Assembly: GCA_045632545.1 (NCBI GenBank)
Contig: JAZQWY010000121.1
Coordinates: 1 to 35,081 of the forward strand
Source of the DNA: Eubacteriales bacterium
Lineage (GTDB): Bacteria > Bacillota > Clostridia > Oscillospirales > CAG-272
Direction of reading: 5' to 3'
DNA length: 35,081 nucleotides
Part shown: piece by piece, positions 6,316 to 15,007 of the stretch
Position numbering within the stretch: position 1 is the first letter of the stretch
Layout: every line of letters begins with the position of its first letter
The notes under the pieces: model-generated
Told to the model about the DNA's origin: nothing
Database searches by the model: none
What the model saw: only the letters and a program-made list of their open reading frames with translations
Program-made: the position numbers and the translations under genes

Positions 6316-7911
6316 ATGAGAAAGACCAAATTGCTTGCGCTGTTTGCCCTCGTTCTTGCGATGGTAACAGCACTGACTTCTTGTGGAAGCGTTGCTTCTA
6401 TTGACGACATACTCAACACAGAGTATAACGTTTCGGAAGACGTTTACACAAAGGACACCGTTCTTTCCGAGTTGACAGGATATGCCGTTGTTAGTTCTAA
6501 CGACGAGTTCGTTCTGTTCACTTCCGCTGAAGGAACATCGATTTCTTACAAGGTTCTCAGCCTGAGAACAGGTAAGGTAGTTGGCACATTTGCTGACACA
6601 GCTTTCACATTTGTAGTAAATCTTATTGATGAGGTTCCTGCTTTCTCGGTAATTAAGACCGAGGTTCCCGCTGAGGGCGCTGAGCCCACCGCTGAGCCTG
6701 AGGTAAAATACTCGCTCTACGACGCTACGGGTAAGGAAGTAGTTACAACAAAGTACGAAGCAAAGGCTCCCTTCATGCTCACAGAGGATGTTCTCGTTTA
6801 CGATTACGCAACATACACTGTAGCTGAGGACGGCGCTCTCACAAAGAAAGACGACGTTCCCGAGTACGTACTTATTGACGAGCTCGATTACTACACGGAC
6901 GAGTACTACTATGTAATGAACGACTCAAAGGTTGAAGTTTACGACCACTCTTTCAATCTCGTTTCTACATATTTCGCTCCCGCGTATGCCGAGGTTGGCG
7001 CAATGGCTGTTCTTAACAACGGCGATATCTTCGTTCAGTACACCTACGAGGTTGACGAGGATTCCAAGAAGTACGATATCGACAATTCTGAGGACGGCGA
7101 GTCCCAGAAGCTGAAGCTCGTTTCTCTCGTTGTTTCCGCAAAGAACGGTAAGACAACAAACGTTAAGCTTGATTACATCGTTGGTGAGCTCTATTCCAAC
7201 TATGAGCTCAAATCCTACAGTGATAATGAGGACGTATATTCCGATAAGTTTGATAACCTTGCAGTAATTGCTCCCATAGTTGACAAGAAGGTTGACTACT
7301 CCGAAGCAACCCTTGACCTCGTTACGATGAACAACAAAGGTAAGATCGGCAAATCCCTTAAGATAGTTGACAATCAGAATGCTTCTGTTGCTCAGAAGAT
7401 TGCTGATGACCGTTATATGGTATACACCGTTGCAGGTGGATACGTTGTTGTAAACGCAAAGGGTGACGTTATCAAGAACCTCAACAGCCGTATGCGCGTA
7501 GTTGGCGATTACTTCGTTGGCGAAAGAGCTATATATGATATGGACTTCAATAAGGTTTACGATCTTGTTGAAAAAGAGGCATTCGTTCTCGGAACGGTTG
7601 CTAACACAGTATTCGTTCAGGCTGAGACCGACACAGGATACGACGTAATCTCCTTCTGCGACGGTAAGCAGACCACCGTTCATTCTTACAAGGATGACGG
7701 AACGACTACCGCAGTATTCGCCATCGTTAACGGAATAGGCTACAGCATCATCGATTCCGCATCCGGTGATCACAAGTACTACAACGCAAACGGCGATCTC
7801 ATCACAACAACTTCTTACGCAATCACGGTTGTAACAGTTGCTGAAGACGTAGTTCTCCTTATGGGAACGAACGAAGGTAAGGCTACATACCACGTATTTA
7901 CACTCGCGTAA
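6316..7911 (+). CDS. Hypothetical large lipoprotein (531 aa), probably beta-rich
   Basis: The ATG at 6316 follows GGAGG. MRKTKLLALFALVLAMVTALTSCGS is a signal peptide with an LTSC lipobox. The mature part is acidic, rich in Tyr, Val, Thr and Asp, and has recurring Y-x-x-x-G-K/D-V-like strand motifs. I recognise no enzymatic motif. Confidence 0.8.
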   Translation: MRKTKLLALFALVLAMVTALTSCGSVASIDDILNTEYNVSEDVYTKDTVLSELTGYAVVSSNDEFVLFTSAEGTSISYKVLSLRTGKVVGTFADTAFTFVVNLIDEVPAFSVIKTEVPAEGAEPTAEPEVKYSLYDATGKEVVTTKYEAKAPFMLTEDVLVYDYATYTVAEDGALTKKDDVPEYVLIDELDYYTDEYYYVMNDSKVEVYDHSFNLVSTYFAPAYAEVGAMAVLNNGDIFVQYTYEVDEDSKKYDIDNSEDGESQKLKLVSLVVSAKNGKTTNVKLDYIVGELYSNYELKSYSDNEDVYSDKFDNLAVIAPIVDKKVDYSEATLDLVTMNNKGKIGKSLKIVDNQNASVAQKIADDRYMVYTVAGGYVVVNAKGDVIKNLNSRMRVVGDYFVGERAIYDMDFNKVYDLVEKEAFVLGTVANTVFVQAETDTGYDVISFCDGKQTTVHSYKDDGTTTAVFAIVNGIGYSIIDSASGDHKYYNANGDLITTTSYAITVVTVAEDVVLLMGTNEGKATYHVFTLA

Positions 7912-7925
7912 TTAGCTAATAGTTT

Positions 7926-7959
7926 GCCCTCCAAGGAATTTTCCTTGGAGGGCTTTTTT
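7926..7959 (+). terminator. Rho-independent terminator
   Basis: GCCCTCCAAGG-aatttt-CCTTGGAGGGC, followed by TTTTTT. Confidence 0.85.
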
Positions 7960-8022
7960 ATCTTCCCTGTTTATTTTCCGTGTTTTCGAGCAAACTAAAA
8001 AGAAAAGCAGGGAGACTTGTCT

Positions 8023-8697
8023 ATGTTAACAATCCTTTTGCGGACAATCATTATTTACGTAATATTACTGATCATAATGCATCTTATGGGAAAGCGCCAG
8101 ATAGGTGAGCTTGAGATATCCGACCTGGTTACCACCTTCCTACTCTCGGAAATAGCTTCCCTGCCTATCACCGACACGAATATTCCCGTATCCTTCGCTA
8201 TAATCCCTATGGTGGTGCTTCTCACGTTTGAGGTTTCGTCATCATGGGTTCTGTCACGCTTTCCATTTCTCAAATATTTTATGTCTGCCCGCCCCGCGAC
8301 GCTTATATATAACGGAGATATAAACCGACGCGAAATGTTGAAAGCGAGGATATCTCTTGATGAGCTCATAGGCGAGCTACGTCAAAGCGGGATATCGGAT
8401 ATCTCGGAGGTACGTTACGCTATACTTGAACAAAACGGAAAAATAACCGTCATTCAAAGAGCAGAATGTAAGCCCCCCTCTGCGGAGCAATTCAATATAA
8501 ATATTTGTGACAACGGAATGGAGCATATCGTGATAAGCAACGGATTTATAAACAAATACAGTCTGGAACTTCTCGGTATGAGCGAGACCGATATAAGCAA
8601 TATTCTCGCGTCAAGGCGGCTGGAAAGGTCAGAGGTATATCTTATGCTCATTGACGACTCAAAAAACGTAAAGATATTCAAAAAGGAGAAGGAATAA
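8023..8697 (+). CDS. DUF421 (YetF/YdfS/YkjA-like) membrane protein
   Basis: The N-terminus LLRTIIIYVILLIIMHLMGKRQIGELEISDLVTTFLLSEIAS is typical of DUF421. I prefer the ATG at 8023, 7 nt after GGAGA, over the TTG at 8017. Confidence 0.8.
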   Translation: MLTILLRTIIIYVILLIIMHLMGKRQIGELEISDLVTTFLLSEIASLPITDTNIPVSFAIIPMVVLLTFEVSSSWVLSRFPFLKYFMSARPATLIYNGDINRREMLKARISLDELIGELRQSGISDISEVRYAILEQNGKITVIQRAECKPPSAEQFNINICDNGMEHIVISNGFINKYSLELLGMSETDISNILASRRLERSEVYLMLIDDSKNVKIFKKEKE

Positions 8698-8698
8698 T

Positions 8699-9061
8699 AT
8701 GCGATCGTTTATTATAACTCTTGCCCTTTTTCTTTCTGTCTGCGTTGCTATATCTTTTAATTACAGCTATATAAACAGCGTTGCAGAGTTCGTGGTAGAT
8801 TGTGTGAGCGAGGAGAATTTCGAGACAGACCCAGAGACCGCTATTGATAGATTAGACAGCTTCTGGAAGGATAACTCCTCCATAGTGGGAATGTCTGTCG
8901 GATACAGGGAGCTTGACCGTATGTCCGACCTTATAATAGACCTGAGAACATATTTCGAGCTTGGCAACGCTTCTGAGGTGATACGGATACGGGCGCTTAT
9001 TGAGGAGACCGCCGACGAGATATCACGGCTTGAAAAGTTCAGTATTGAAAATTTGCTGTAG
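8699..9061 (+). CDS. DUF4363 family protein
   Basis: The 120-aa protein has one N-terminal TM helix and then a helical domain. It starts 1 nt after the DUF421 stop. Pairing with DUF421 is the usual context for DUF4363 in Clostridia, and the family call rests on that context and the architecture. Confidence 0.6.
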   Translation: MRSFIITLALFLSVCVAISFNYSYINSVAEFVVDCVSEENFETDPETAIDRLDSFWKDNSSIVGMSVGYRELDRMSDLIIDLRTYFELGNASEVIRIRALIEETADEISRLEKFSIENLL

Positions 9062-9102
9062 TAATGACGAAAGGCGTTGCAATTTCTTGCAACGCCCAAG
9101 CT

Positions 9103-10488
9103 TTACTTATTCATTATGTATTCGTCGATAGCCTTTGCGGCGTTTTTACCCGCGCCCATAGCGAGAATTACCGTCGCGGCACCTGTTACGGCGTCACCGC
9201 CTGCATACACACCCTCGCGCGAGGTCTTACCCCATTCGTCGGTGACGATACCGCCCCAGCTCTGTGTGTCGAGCCCCTCAGTCGTAGACTTTATAAGCGG
9301 ATTTGGAGAAGTTCCAAGCGCCATAATAACGCAGTCAACGTCAAGAGTAAATTCGCTCTCAGGCTTTACCACAGGTCTGCGGCGTCCCGACGCATCAGGC
9401 TCTCCAAGCTCCATCTGGACGCATGTCATAGCGCGGACGTTTCTGTTATCGTCTCCAAGTATAGCGGTGGGATTGGTGAGGGTTTTGAAGATTATTCCCT
9501 CCTCTATCGCATGTTCGACCTCCTCGCGTCTCGCGGGAAGCTCGTCCATTCCGCGTCTGTAAACCACATACACCTCAGCGCCAAAGCGTTTTGCGCATCT
9601 TGCAGCGTCCATAGCGACGTTTCCGCCACCTACGACTGCGACCTTCGTGGCTCTTTGAATGGGCGTGGAGCCGCCCTCCTTATAAGCCTTCATAAGGTTT
9701 ATTCTCGTCAAAAACTCGTTAGCGGAATAAACTCCCTTCAGGTTCTCGCCCTCTATATTCATAAATTTAGGAAGTCCCGCGCCCGAGCCTATAAAGACCG
9801 CCTCATATCCGTACTCTCCTTGAAGCTCGTCTATAGATATCGTCTTACCGATGACGGTATTGGTCTCAACTTTAACTCCGAGCGCCTTAAGTCCCTCTAT
9901 CTCGTCAGCGACGATAGATTTCGGCAGACGGAACTCGGGGATACCGTAAACAAGTACTCCTCCTGCCAAGTGGAGCGCTTCAAAGACCGTGACCTCATAT
10001 CCCTTCTTAGCAAGCTCGCCCGCACAGGCAAGTCCCGAGGGGCCTGAGCCGACCACAGCCACCTTATGTCCGTTGGATACGGGTCTTTCTACCACCTTCC
10101 TTGCGAGAGCGTTATGCCTATCGGCAACGTATCTTTCAAGTCTGCCTATAGCCACAGGCTCACCCTTGACACCTCTGACGCACTTCTGTTCACACTGGTT
10201 CTCCTGAGGGCATACACGTCCGCAAACGGCGGGTAACGAGCTCGCCTCTGTGATTATCTTATACGCTTCCTCAAACTCTCCCGCCGCGACCTTTTCGATA
10301 AACGCGGGGATATGTATGTGAACGGGGCAACCGCTGACGCAGGGCTTGTTCTTGCAATTCAGACATCTTTTTGCCTCGTCGATAGCCTGTTCCTCGGTAT
10401 ATCCTAGGGCAACCTCGTCAAAATTCTTATTTCTTATCTCGGGCGCCTGATGCGGCATCTCGTTCTTTTTCAAAGACATATTAGGCAT
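9103..10488 (-). CDS. nfnB: NADH-dependent reduced ferredoxin:NADP+ oxidoreductase large subunit (GltD-like, homotetrameric glutamate synthase family)
   Basis: The 461-aa protein has two Fe-S Cys clusters (CLNCKNKPCVSGCP and CGRVCPQENQCEQKC). It also has two dinucleotide folds (VAVVGSGPSGLACA and VAVVGGGNVAMDAA). Confidence 0.85.
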   Translation of the reverse strand: MPNMSLKKNEMPHQAPEIRNKNFDEVALGYTEEQAIDEAKRCLNCKNKPCVSGCPVHIHIPAFIEKVAAGEFEEAYKIITEASSLPAVCGRVCPQENQCEQKCVRGVKGEPVAIGRLERYVADRHNALARKVVERPVSNGHKVAVVGSGPSGLACAGELAKKGYEVTVFEALHLAGGVLVYGIPEFRLPKSIVADEIEGLKALGVKVETNTVIGKTISIDELQGEYGYEAVFIGSGAGLPKFMNIEGENLKGVYSANEFLTRINLMKAYKEGGSTPIQRATKVAVVGGGNVAMDAARCAKRFGAEVYVVYRRGMDELPARREEVEHAIEEGIIFKTLTNPTAILGDDNRNVRAMTCVQMELGEPDASGRRRPVVKPESEFTLDVDCVIMALGTSPNPLIKSTTEGLDTQSWGGIVTDEWGKTSREGVYAGGDAVTGAATVILAMGAGKNAAKAIDEYIMNK

Positions 10489-11330
10489 TATTCCGCCTCC
10501 TTCGCAAATAGATTGCAGGTTTCCTCGTGTGCGTGACGCTCAAAATCACGGTACATTCCGCCTCTTGCCATAGCTTCGTCAAAATCTATCTCGTGTCCAT
10601 CGAACTCGGGACCGTCAACACAGGCAAACTTTGTCTTTCCGCCAACGGTAAGTCTGCAACCGCCGCACATTCCCGTGCCGTCTATCATTATCGGGTTCAT
10701 AGACGCCACAGTCTTTATTCCGTATTCTTTAGTAAGCTTACACACGAATTTCATCATTACCAGAGGACCTATAGTAATTACCTTGTCATATTTCTCGCCA
10801 CTCTCGATAAGAGCTTTTAGGGCATCGGTAACGAGCCCCTTATCTCCGTAGCTACCGTCGTCGGTCATCAGCTTCATGACCTTACTTACTGCCAGAAACT
10901 CATCTTCAAGAATTACAAGCTCACGGTTTCTGAACCCCACTATTGTATGCACCTCTGCGCCAAGCTCCGCGAACTTCTTTGCAACGGGATAAGCGATAGC
11001 ACATCCCACGCCTCCGCCAACAACAGCCACCTTCTTGATACCCTCGGTCTCGGTAGCCCGTCCAAGAGGACCTACGAAATCCGAGAGAAAATCCCCTTCG
11101 TTCATATGCGCCAGCTTCTCGGTAGTTGCCCCTACCTTCTGGAAAATAACGGTGACAGTACCCTTCTCTCGGTCGTAATCGGCAACAGTCAGGGGAATTC
11201 TCTCCCCCTCGGCGTCGGTACGCAAAATTATAAACTGCCCCGGTTCTGCCTTCTTAGCCACCAGAGGCGCGTATATATCCATCAAAATAACAGTTGGATT
11301 AAGTATCTTCTTTCTAACTATTTTATACAT
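10488..11330 (-). CDS. nfnA: NfnA / sulfide-dihydroorotate dehydrogenase-like FAD/NAD-binding subunit
   Basis: The protein starts MYKIVRKKILNPTV. It has the FAD-binding motif RIPLTVADYD and a C-terminal 2Fe-2S motif CGGCR...FACVDGPEF. The stop overlaps the nfnB ATG by 1 nt. I chose the start at 11330 because the predicted promoter's -10 (11380-11385) lies downstream of the longer ORF's ATG at 11408. Confidence 0.85.
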   Translation of the reverse strand: MYKIVRKKILNPTVILMDIYAPLVAKKAEPGQFIILRTDAEGERIPLTVADYDREKGTVTVIFQKVGATTEKLAHMNEGDFLSDFVGPLGRATETEGIKKVAVVGGGVGCAIAYPVAKKFAELGAEVHTIVGFRNRELVILEDEFLAVSKVMKLMTDDGSYGDKGLVTDALKALIESGEKYDKVITIGPLVMMKFVCKLTKEYGIKTVASMNPIMIDGTGMCGGCRLTVGGKTKFACVDGPEFDGHEIDFDEAMARGGMYRDFERHAHEETCNLFAKEAE

Positions 11331-11379
11331 ACAATTCACTCTCCCGCAAATATTCGTCACAAAAACGAACTTACTCATC

Positions 11380-11408
11380 ATTATATCAAAAAAACATTCA
11401 TTTTTCAA
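11380..11408 (-). promoter_or_regulatory. Putative sigma-A promoter of nfnAB
   Basis: On the minus strand: TTGAAA (11408-11403), a 17-nt spacer, then TATAAT (11385-11380). Confidence 0.6.
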
Positions 11409-11461
11409 TAGGTATTAAAATCTTTAATATTAAAATTTTTTGATTTTTCGCAACAATATAC

Positions 11462-11503
11462 AAAAAAGCAGAGACGGCGTTATTTACACCGTCTCTACTT
11501 TTT
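11462..11503 (-). terminator. Rho-independent terminator after the zinc-ribbon gene (T-runs on both sides)
   Basis: AGAGACGG-n11-CCGTCTCT is flanked by A6 on the left and T5 on the right of the plus strand. Confidence 0.8.
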
Positions 11504-11526
11504 GCTTCACCTAAGGAAGCATCAAA

Positions 11527-11856
11527 TTAGTCCTGAGCTTTTCTTCTTTCCTCGAAACAAGCACTGCAGTATACAGGTCTGTCGTTAGAGGGCTGGAATA
11601 TAACCTTAGCTACGCCGCCGCACTGTGCACAAGTTGTCTCGAAGTACTCACGCGGAGCTCTTGCAGCATTTTTCTTTGCGTCACGGCAAGCCTTGCAGCT
11701 CTTAGGCTTATTCAAGAATCCCTTCTCCTTATAGAACTGCTGCTCTCCCGCTGTAAATACAAACTCATTGCCGCATTCCTTGCAAACCAGAGTTTCATCT
11801 ACAAACTCAGTTTCAGCTTCTGTTTCTGCTCCGACCTTTACTTCTTCTTCGTACAT
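11527..11856 (-). CDS. Zinc-ribbon domain protein (zf-trcl-like, function unknown)
   Basis: The 109-aa protein has an acidic N-terminus and then two CxxC...CxxC units (CKECG...CKAC and CAQCG...CSAC). It contains FxFTAGEQQFYKEKGF, characteristic of the 'probable zinc-ribbon' family. Confidence 0.75.
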   Translation of the reverse strand: MYEEEVKVGAETEAETEFVDETLVCKECGNEFVFTAGEQQFYKEKGFLNKPKSCKACRDAKKNAARAPREYFETTCAQCGGVAKVIFQPSNDRPVYCSACFEERRKAQD

Positions 11857-11967
11857 GACTTACCTCACTTTGTAAAAAATATTATTTTTGCCCAAAGTAT
11901 TCCGATAGTTACCACCGCGGACTAGCTGTAGGCTATATCTGACAGGCTCACGCCGTATCATTCAATA

Positions 11968-12540
11968 TCAACTTAGTAACTGCCTGAGTTTTTTGCGTAT
12001 TCTATACACCGCATTCGCCACAGATCTTTCGCTCTTGCCGACTATGTCTCCGATCTCCCGCGCGGTCCTGCCCGTCGCGTAAAGACACCAGACACGGTAC
12101 TCCAGCGCCGACAAATTTCTCCTTATAACACCGTCTATGCGTTGCAAGCTTTCCTGCTCTATGATACGGCTCGCAGGCTCGTCGTCAGACATCGCACAGC
12201 CTTCGTCAATAGTTTCGACAGATTGCTCCGCCGACCTTTTTCTGAGGCTTCGCATCTGCGATATCAAAGCGTTTGTCACGCATATCTTAGCATACAGACC
12301 GAATTCCACGCCGTCGTTTTCAAGATCGTAATTAAGTATAGCGTTGTAAAAAACCACCGTTGCTTCCTGACGAAGATCCTCCTCGTGGGGCTTTGAGTGC
12401 TCGTCCTTACTGAACTTAGCTACCGCCGCGTCCAAAAGAGGTTTATACATTTGAAGCATCTGTTCAAACGCGTCCTCGTCATCCTGCCTGACCTTCGCGA
12501 TCAAATCAATGATTTTGGTCTTATTCTCGCAAATACTCAT
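11968..12540 (-). CDS. Sigma-70 family RNA polymerase sigma factor (small, SigH/ECF-like)
   Basis: The 190-aa protein has a region-2-like segment (DLRQEATVVFYNAILNYD...FGLYAKICVTNALISQMR). It also has a region-4 HTH (LSALEYRVWCLYATGRTAREIGDIVGKSERSVANAVYRIRKKL). Confidence 0.8.
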   Translation of the reverse strand: MSICENKTKIIDLIAKVRQDDEDAFEQMLQMYKPLLDAAVAKFSKDEHSKPHEEDLRQEATVVFYNAILNYDLENDGVEFGLYAKICVTNALISQMRSLRKRSAEQSVETIDEGCAMSDDEPASRIIEQESLQRIDGVIRRNLSALEYRVWCLYATGRTAREIGDIVGKSERSVANAVYRIRKKLRQLLS

Positions 12541-12601
12541 AGGTGTTCCTCGCCCTGACAGATTTTAGCACAATTATCCCTTATTACTGTCACTACATTT
12601 A

Positions 12602-12629
12602 ATTATATCATTAATTTGTATAATGTCAA
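12602..12629 (-). promoter_or_regulatory. Putative promoter of the sigma-factor gene
   Basis: On the minus strand: TTGACA (12629-12624), a 16-nt spacer, then TATAAT (12607-12602). Confidence 0.55.
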
Positions 12630-12840
12630 GTACAATTTTCAAAAAAGTTTTGTCGAAAATTGCCTAAAATTACAATTTTGATACAAATTCGCCAATTTTT
12701 TCGCAGCTGTTTTGTAAACAATTCTAAACAGCACTTGTTTCGTAGTGCTATTCACACAAATTTATCAAAAAAGTTTGTTAAAAATCACAACATTTTTTGA
12801 ATCATAAACACCGTCTGCCTATGGTTTTCCTTTCACGATC

Positions 12841-12870
12841 AAAGCGGTGAGCAAAAATTGCTCACCGCCA
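12841..12870 (-). terminator. Terminator hairpin after the ferritin gene
   Basis: GCGGTGAGC-aaaaatt-GCTCACCGC. The T-run on the minus strand is short. Confidence 0.55.
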
Positions 12871-12905
12871 TCTTGATTTTTCTTAAGTTTCATATTTCAC
12901 AAAGA

Positions 12906-13418
12906 TCAGAGAACCAAAGAGGGCGCGGTATATACTCTTGCAGCTAACTCCTGATTAAGCATATAAAGGCTCTTGGGATCGGAGCCAAACAACTCCATTT
13001 TCGTGATCATATCATTTGCGTTGGTCTCTTCCTCGCCCTGCTCCTTCACGAACCAATCAAGAAACTGCATCGTTCGGAAATCCTTAACTTCATATGCCGC
13101 GGCATATATATCGTTTATCAAGGACGTTACGTACTCCTCGTGTTCAAGTCCCGCCTTGAGCACATCCATATGACACTCAAATAACTTATCGGGCTTCGCA
13201 ATAGCATCAAGAGTAACTATCTGATTTTCGTTCTGCAAATACTGATAAAACAGCATCGCGTGGTCACGCTCCTCCTGCGCCTGAACCATATACCAGTTAG
13301 CAAATCCGTCAAGTCCTTTGGCCTTGAAATAATTCGAAAAATCAAGGTAAAGATACGCAGAATAAAATTCCTTGTTTATCTGTTGATTCAACAGCTCGTG
13401 TACCTTAGCATTCATCAT
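12906..13418 (-). CDS. ftnA: Non-haem ferritin
   Basis: The 170-aa protein contains LLNQQINKEFYSAYLYLDFSNYF...MVQAQEERDHAMLFYQY, the ferroxidase-centre residues typical of bacterial Ftn. Confidence 0.9.
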   Translation of the reverse strand: MMNAKVHELLNQQINKEFYSAYLYLDFSNYFKAKGLDGFANWYMVQAQEERDHAMLFYQYLQNENQIVTLDAIAKPDKLFECHMDVLKAGLEHEEYVTSLINDIYAAAYEVKDFRTMQFLDWFVKEQGEEETNANDMITKMELFGSDPKSLYMLNQELAARVYTAPSLVL

Positions 13419-13443
13419 AACGTTTACCTCCTATTGAATACTA

Positions 13444-13827
13444 TTAAATAGCAGCCTTCCACAGACCGTGTAGATTACAGTATGCGTAAACTGCAACAGG
13501 CTTTTCATCAGAAAGCGCAAATGTAACAACAGGAACCTTGCCTATCTCAAGACATTTGCGCTGACCGCCCTTGTCTGTCTGAAGATATACCCATAGAATA
13601 CTGTGCTCATCCACCATAGGATGCTCCACAGAACCGATGGTCACCGTTACAGTCTTTCCCTCAACACTGACAACGGGAATATGCTTTTCATGGCTTGCCT
13701 CGACTACACCTGATTCAAGCTTTGTCATTTTCTGTCCGCAGCACATCATAGGAACACCTGCATCGTGGATCATTCCTATGAGATTGCCACAATGCTCGCA
13801 AATATAAAACTTATTGTTATCACACAT
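13444..13827 (-). CDS. dfx: Desulfoferrodoxin (2Fe superoxide reductase)
   Basis: It has an N-terminal desulforedoxin-like CEHCGN...MCCG and a C-terminal SOR centre (EKHIPV, HPM..EH, YCNLHGLW). The ATG at 13827 has GGAGG upstream. The gene ends 25 nt upstream of ftn, so the two are probably an operon. Confidence 0.9.
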   Translation of the reverse strand: MCDNNKFYICEHCGNLIGMIHDAGVPMMCCGQKMTKLESGVVEASHEKHIPVVSVEGKTVTVTIGSVEHPMVDEHSILWVYLQTDKGGQRKCLEIGKVPVVTFALSDEKPVAVYAYCNLHGLWKAAI

Positions 13828-13875
13828 AATAAAATCCTCCGTGATTATTTGTTGTCTCATATTCTGTTTGCAGAT

Positions 13876-13904
13876 ATTCTACCATTAAATTAACGTTTTG
13901 TCAA
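13876..13904 (-). promoter_or_regulatory. Putative promoter of dfx-ftn
   Basis: On the minus strand: TTGACA (13904-13899), a 17-nt spacer, then TAGAAT (13881-13876). Confidence 0.55.
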
Positions 13905-14063
13905 TAATATCAGCAAAAAATTATATCAATAGGATACATTGTTATCAGCAAGTCAAAATACTTCTTGGCGGCGAAAGAGACTGCAAAAAATTACTCAAGA
14001 CAAAAAGAAATAAATCCTATCAAACAACAAGCGATAAAAAAGCGATTGAAAATTACACGCAAG

Positions 14064-14822
14064 CTATTTGTTAAATATCAAAGATTCTATTGCATCCGCA
14101 ACTCCGCCGTCCTGGCAAGAGGATGTGACAAAATCGGCAATAGATTTGATATATTCGTTGGCATTTCCCATAGCTACTCCAATGCCGGCGAATTTGATCA
14201 TATCGTCATCATTTATGCTGTCTCCCATAGCTATAGATTGTTCAATATCTGCTCCGAAATAATCACAAACGGTTGCTATTCCAGTTGCCTTATTACATCC
14301 TTGCGCGGGAATTTCCATGTATTCAGAATGAGCATATACAATATACCCACGCTTTCTCAAAATTTCAACGTCAGCCTCCGAAACCGGATTCATATATGAT
14401 ATTTTAGACACAGGCATATCTGCATATTTTTCCAAAAAATCGTATGTGGTTTTCACAGAATTCTTTCTACTCATCGCGACAATACGTTCAATACTTTCAG
14501 CAATAGTTAAGAATCCGTGTTCCTCACCGAAACGCATCAAATATTCAACATCATCTCTTTCCATATGTGCGGAGAAAATCAACTTATTTTCAATAGTGAT
14601 TGCCGTTCCCATTCCTCCAACAATACCGTTAGGGGCTATGCTTTCGAGAACGATATCGGGTATAATACTGTGCGTTCTTGCAGAATTTATGAAAATTTTA
14701 TGTCCTAATGCCTTTGCCTTAGCCAATGCATTAGCTGTTCTTGAAGGAACCTCATTGCCGTCAAAAATCGTGCCGTCCACATCAAGAAAAATAATATATT
14801 TATCTTTCGCAAATTTTTCCAT
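14064..14822 (-). CDS. Cof-type HAD-IIB family hydrolase (sugar-phosphate phosphatase-like)
   Basis: HAD motif I is FLDVDGT, motif II-like is INSART and motif IV is GDSINDDDM. I chose the start at 14822 (MEKFAKDKY). ATGs at 14849 and 14942 are possible but lack an RBS. Confidence 0.8.
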   Translation of the reverse strand: MEKFAKDKYIIFLDVDGTIFDGNEVPSRTANALAKAKALGHKIFINSARTHSIIPDIVLESIAPNGIVGGMGTAITIENKLIFSAHMERDDVEYLMRFGEEHGFLTIAESIERIVAMSRKNSVKTTYDFLEKYADMPVSKISYMNPVSEADVEILRKRGYIVYAHSEYMEIPAQGCNKATGIATVCDYFGADIEQSIAMGDSINDDDMIKFAGIGVAMGNANEYIKSIADFVTSSCQDGGVADAIESLIFNK

Positions 14823-15007
14823 AAAAATCTCATCACCTATTCTTTTCATAAGTATATAATTATCATATATAAAGGTCAATGATAAAGCAATTTTTGAATA
14901 CCGAAATAATCTCTTGTAAAGAAAAATACGAACTTTGATCACTCAGGGTTCGTACTTTTCCTGTTTGTGGTCATAGCATAAAATTGCAACTATTCCCTTC
15001 AATGCAA

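Noticed and set aside
6925-7893. A 322-aa ORF antisense to the large lipoprotein gene
   Set aside because: It lies wholly inside a well-supported sense gene and has no RBS or promoter. Its translation is low-complexity and rich in Val, Asn and Cys. It is open only because the sense gene avoids the codons TTA, CTA and TCA.
9064-10047. A 327-aa ORF (and a 161-aa ORF at 9077-9562) antisense to nfnB
   Set aside because: These are shadow ORFs opposite a gene with clear Fe-S and FAD/NAD motifs. The translations are Arg/Ser-rich with no motifs.
11340-11375. A possible Rex operator (TTGTGACGAATATTTGC) in the nfnAB leader
   Set aside because: Only the left half-site resembles TTGTGAA. The right half (TTCACAA) is absent.
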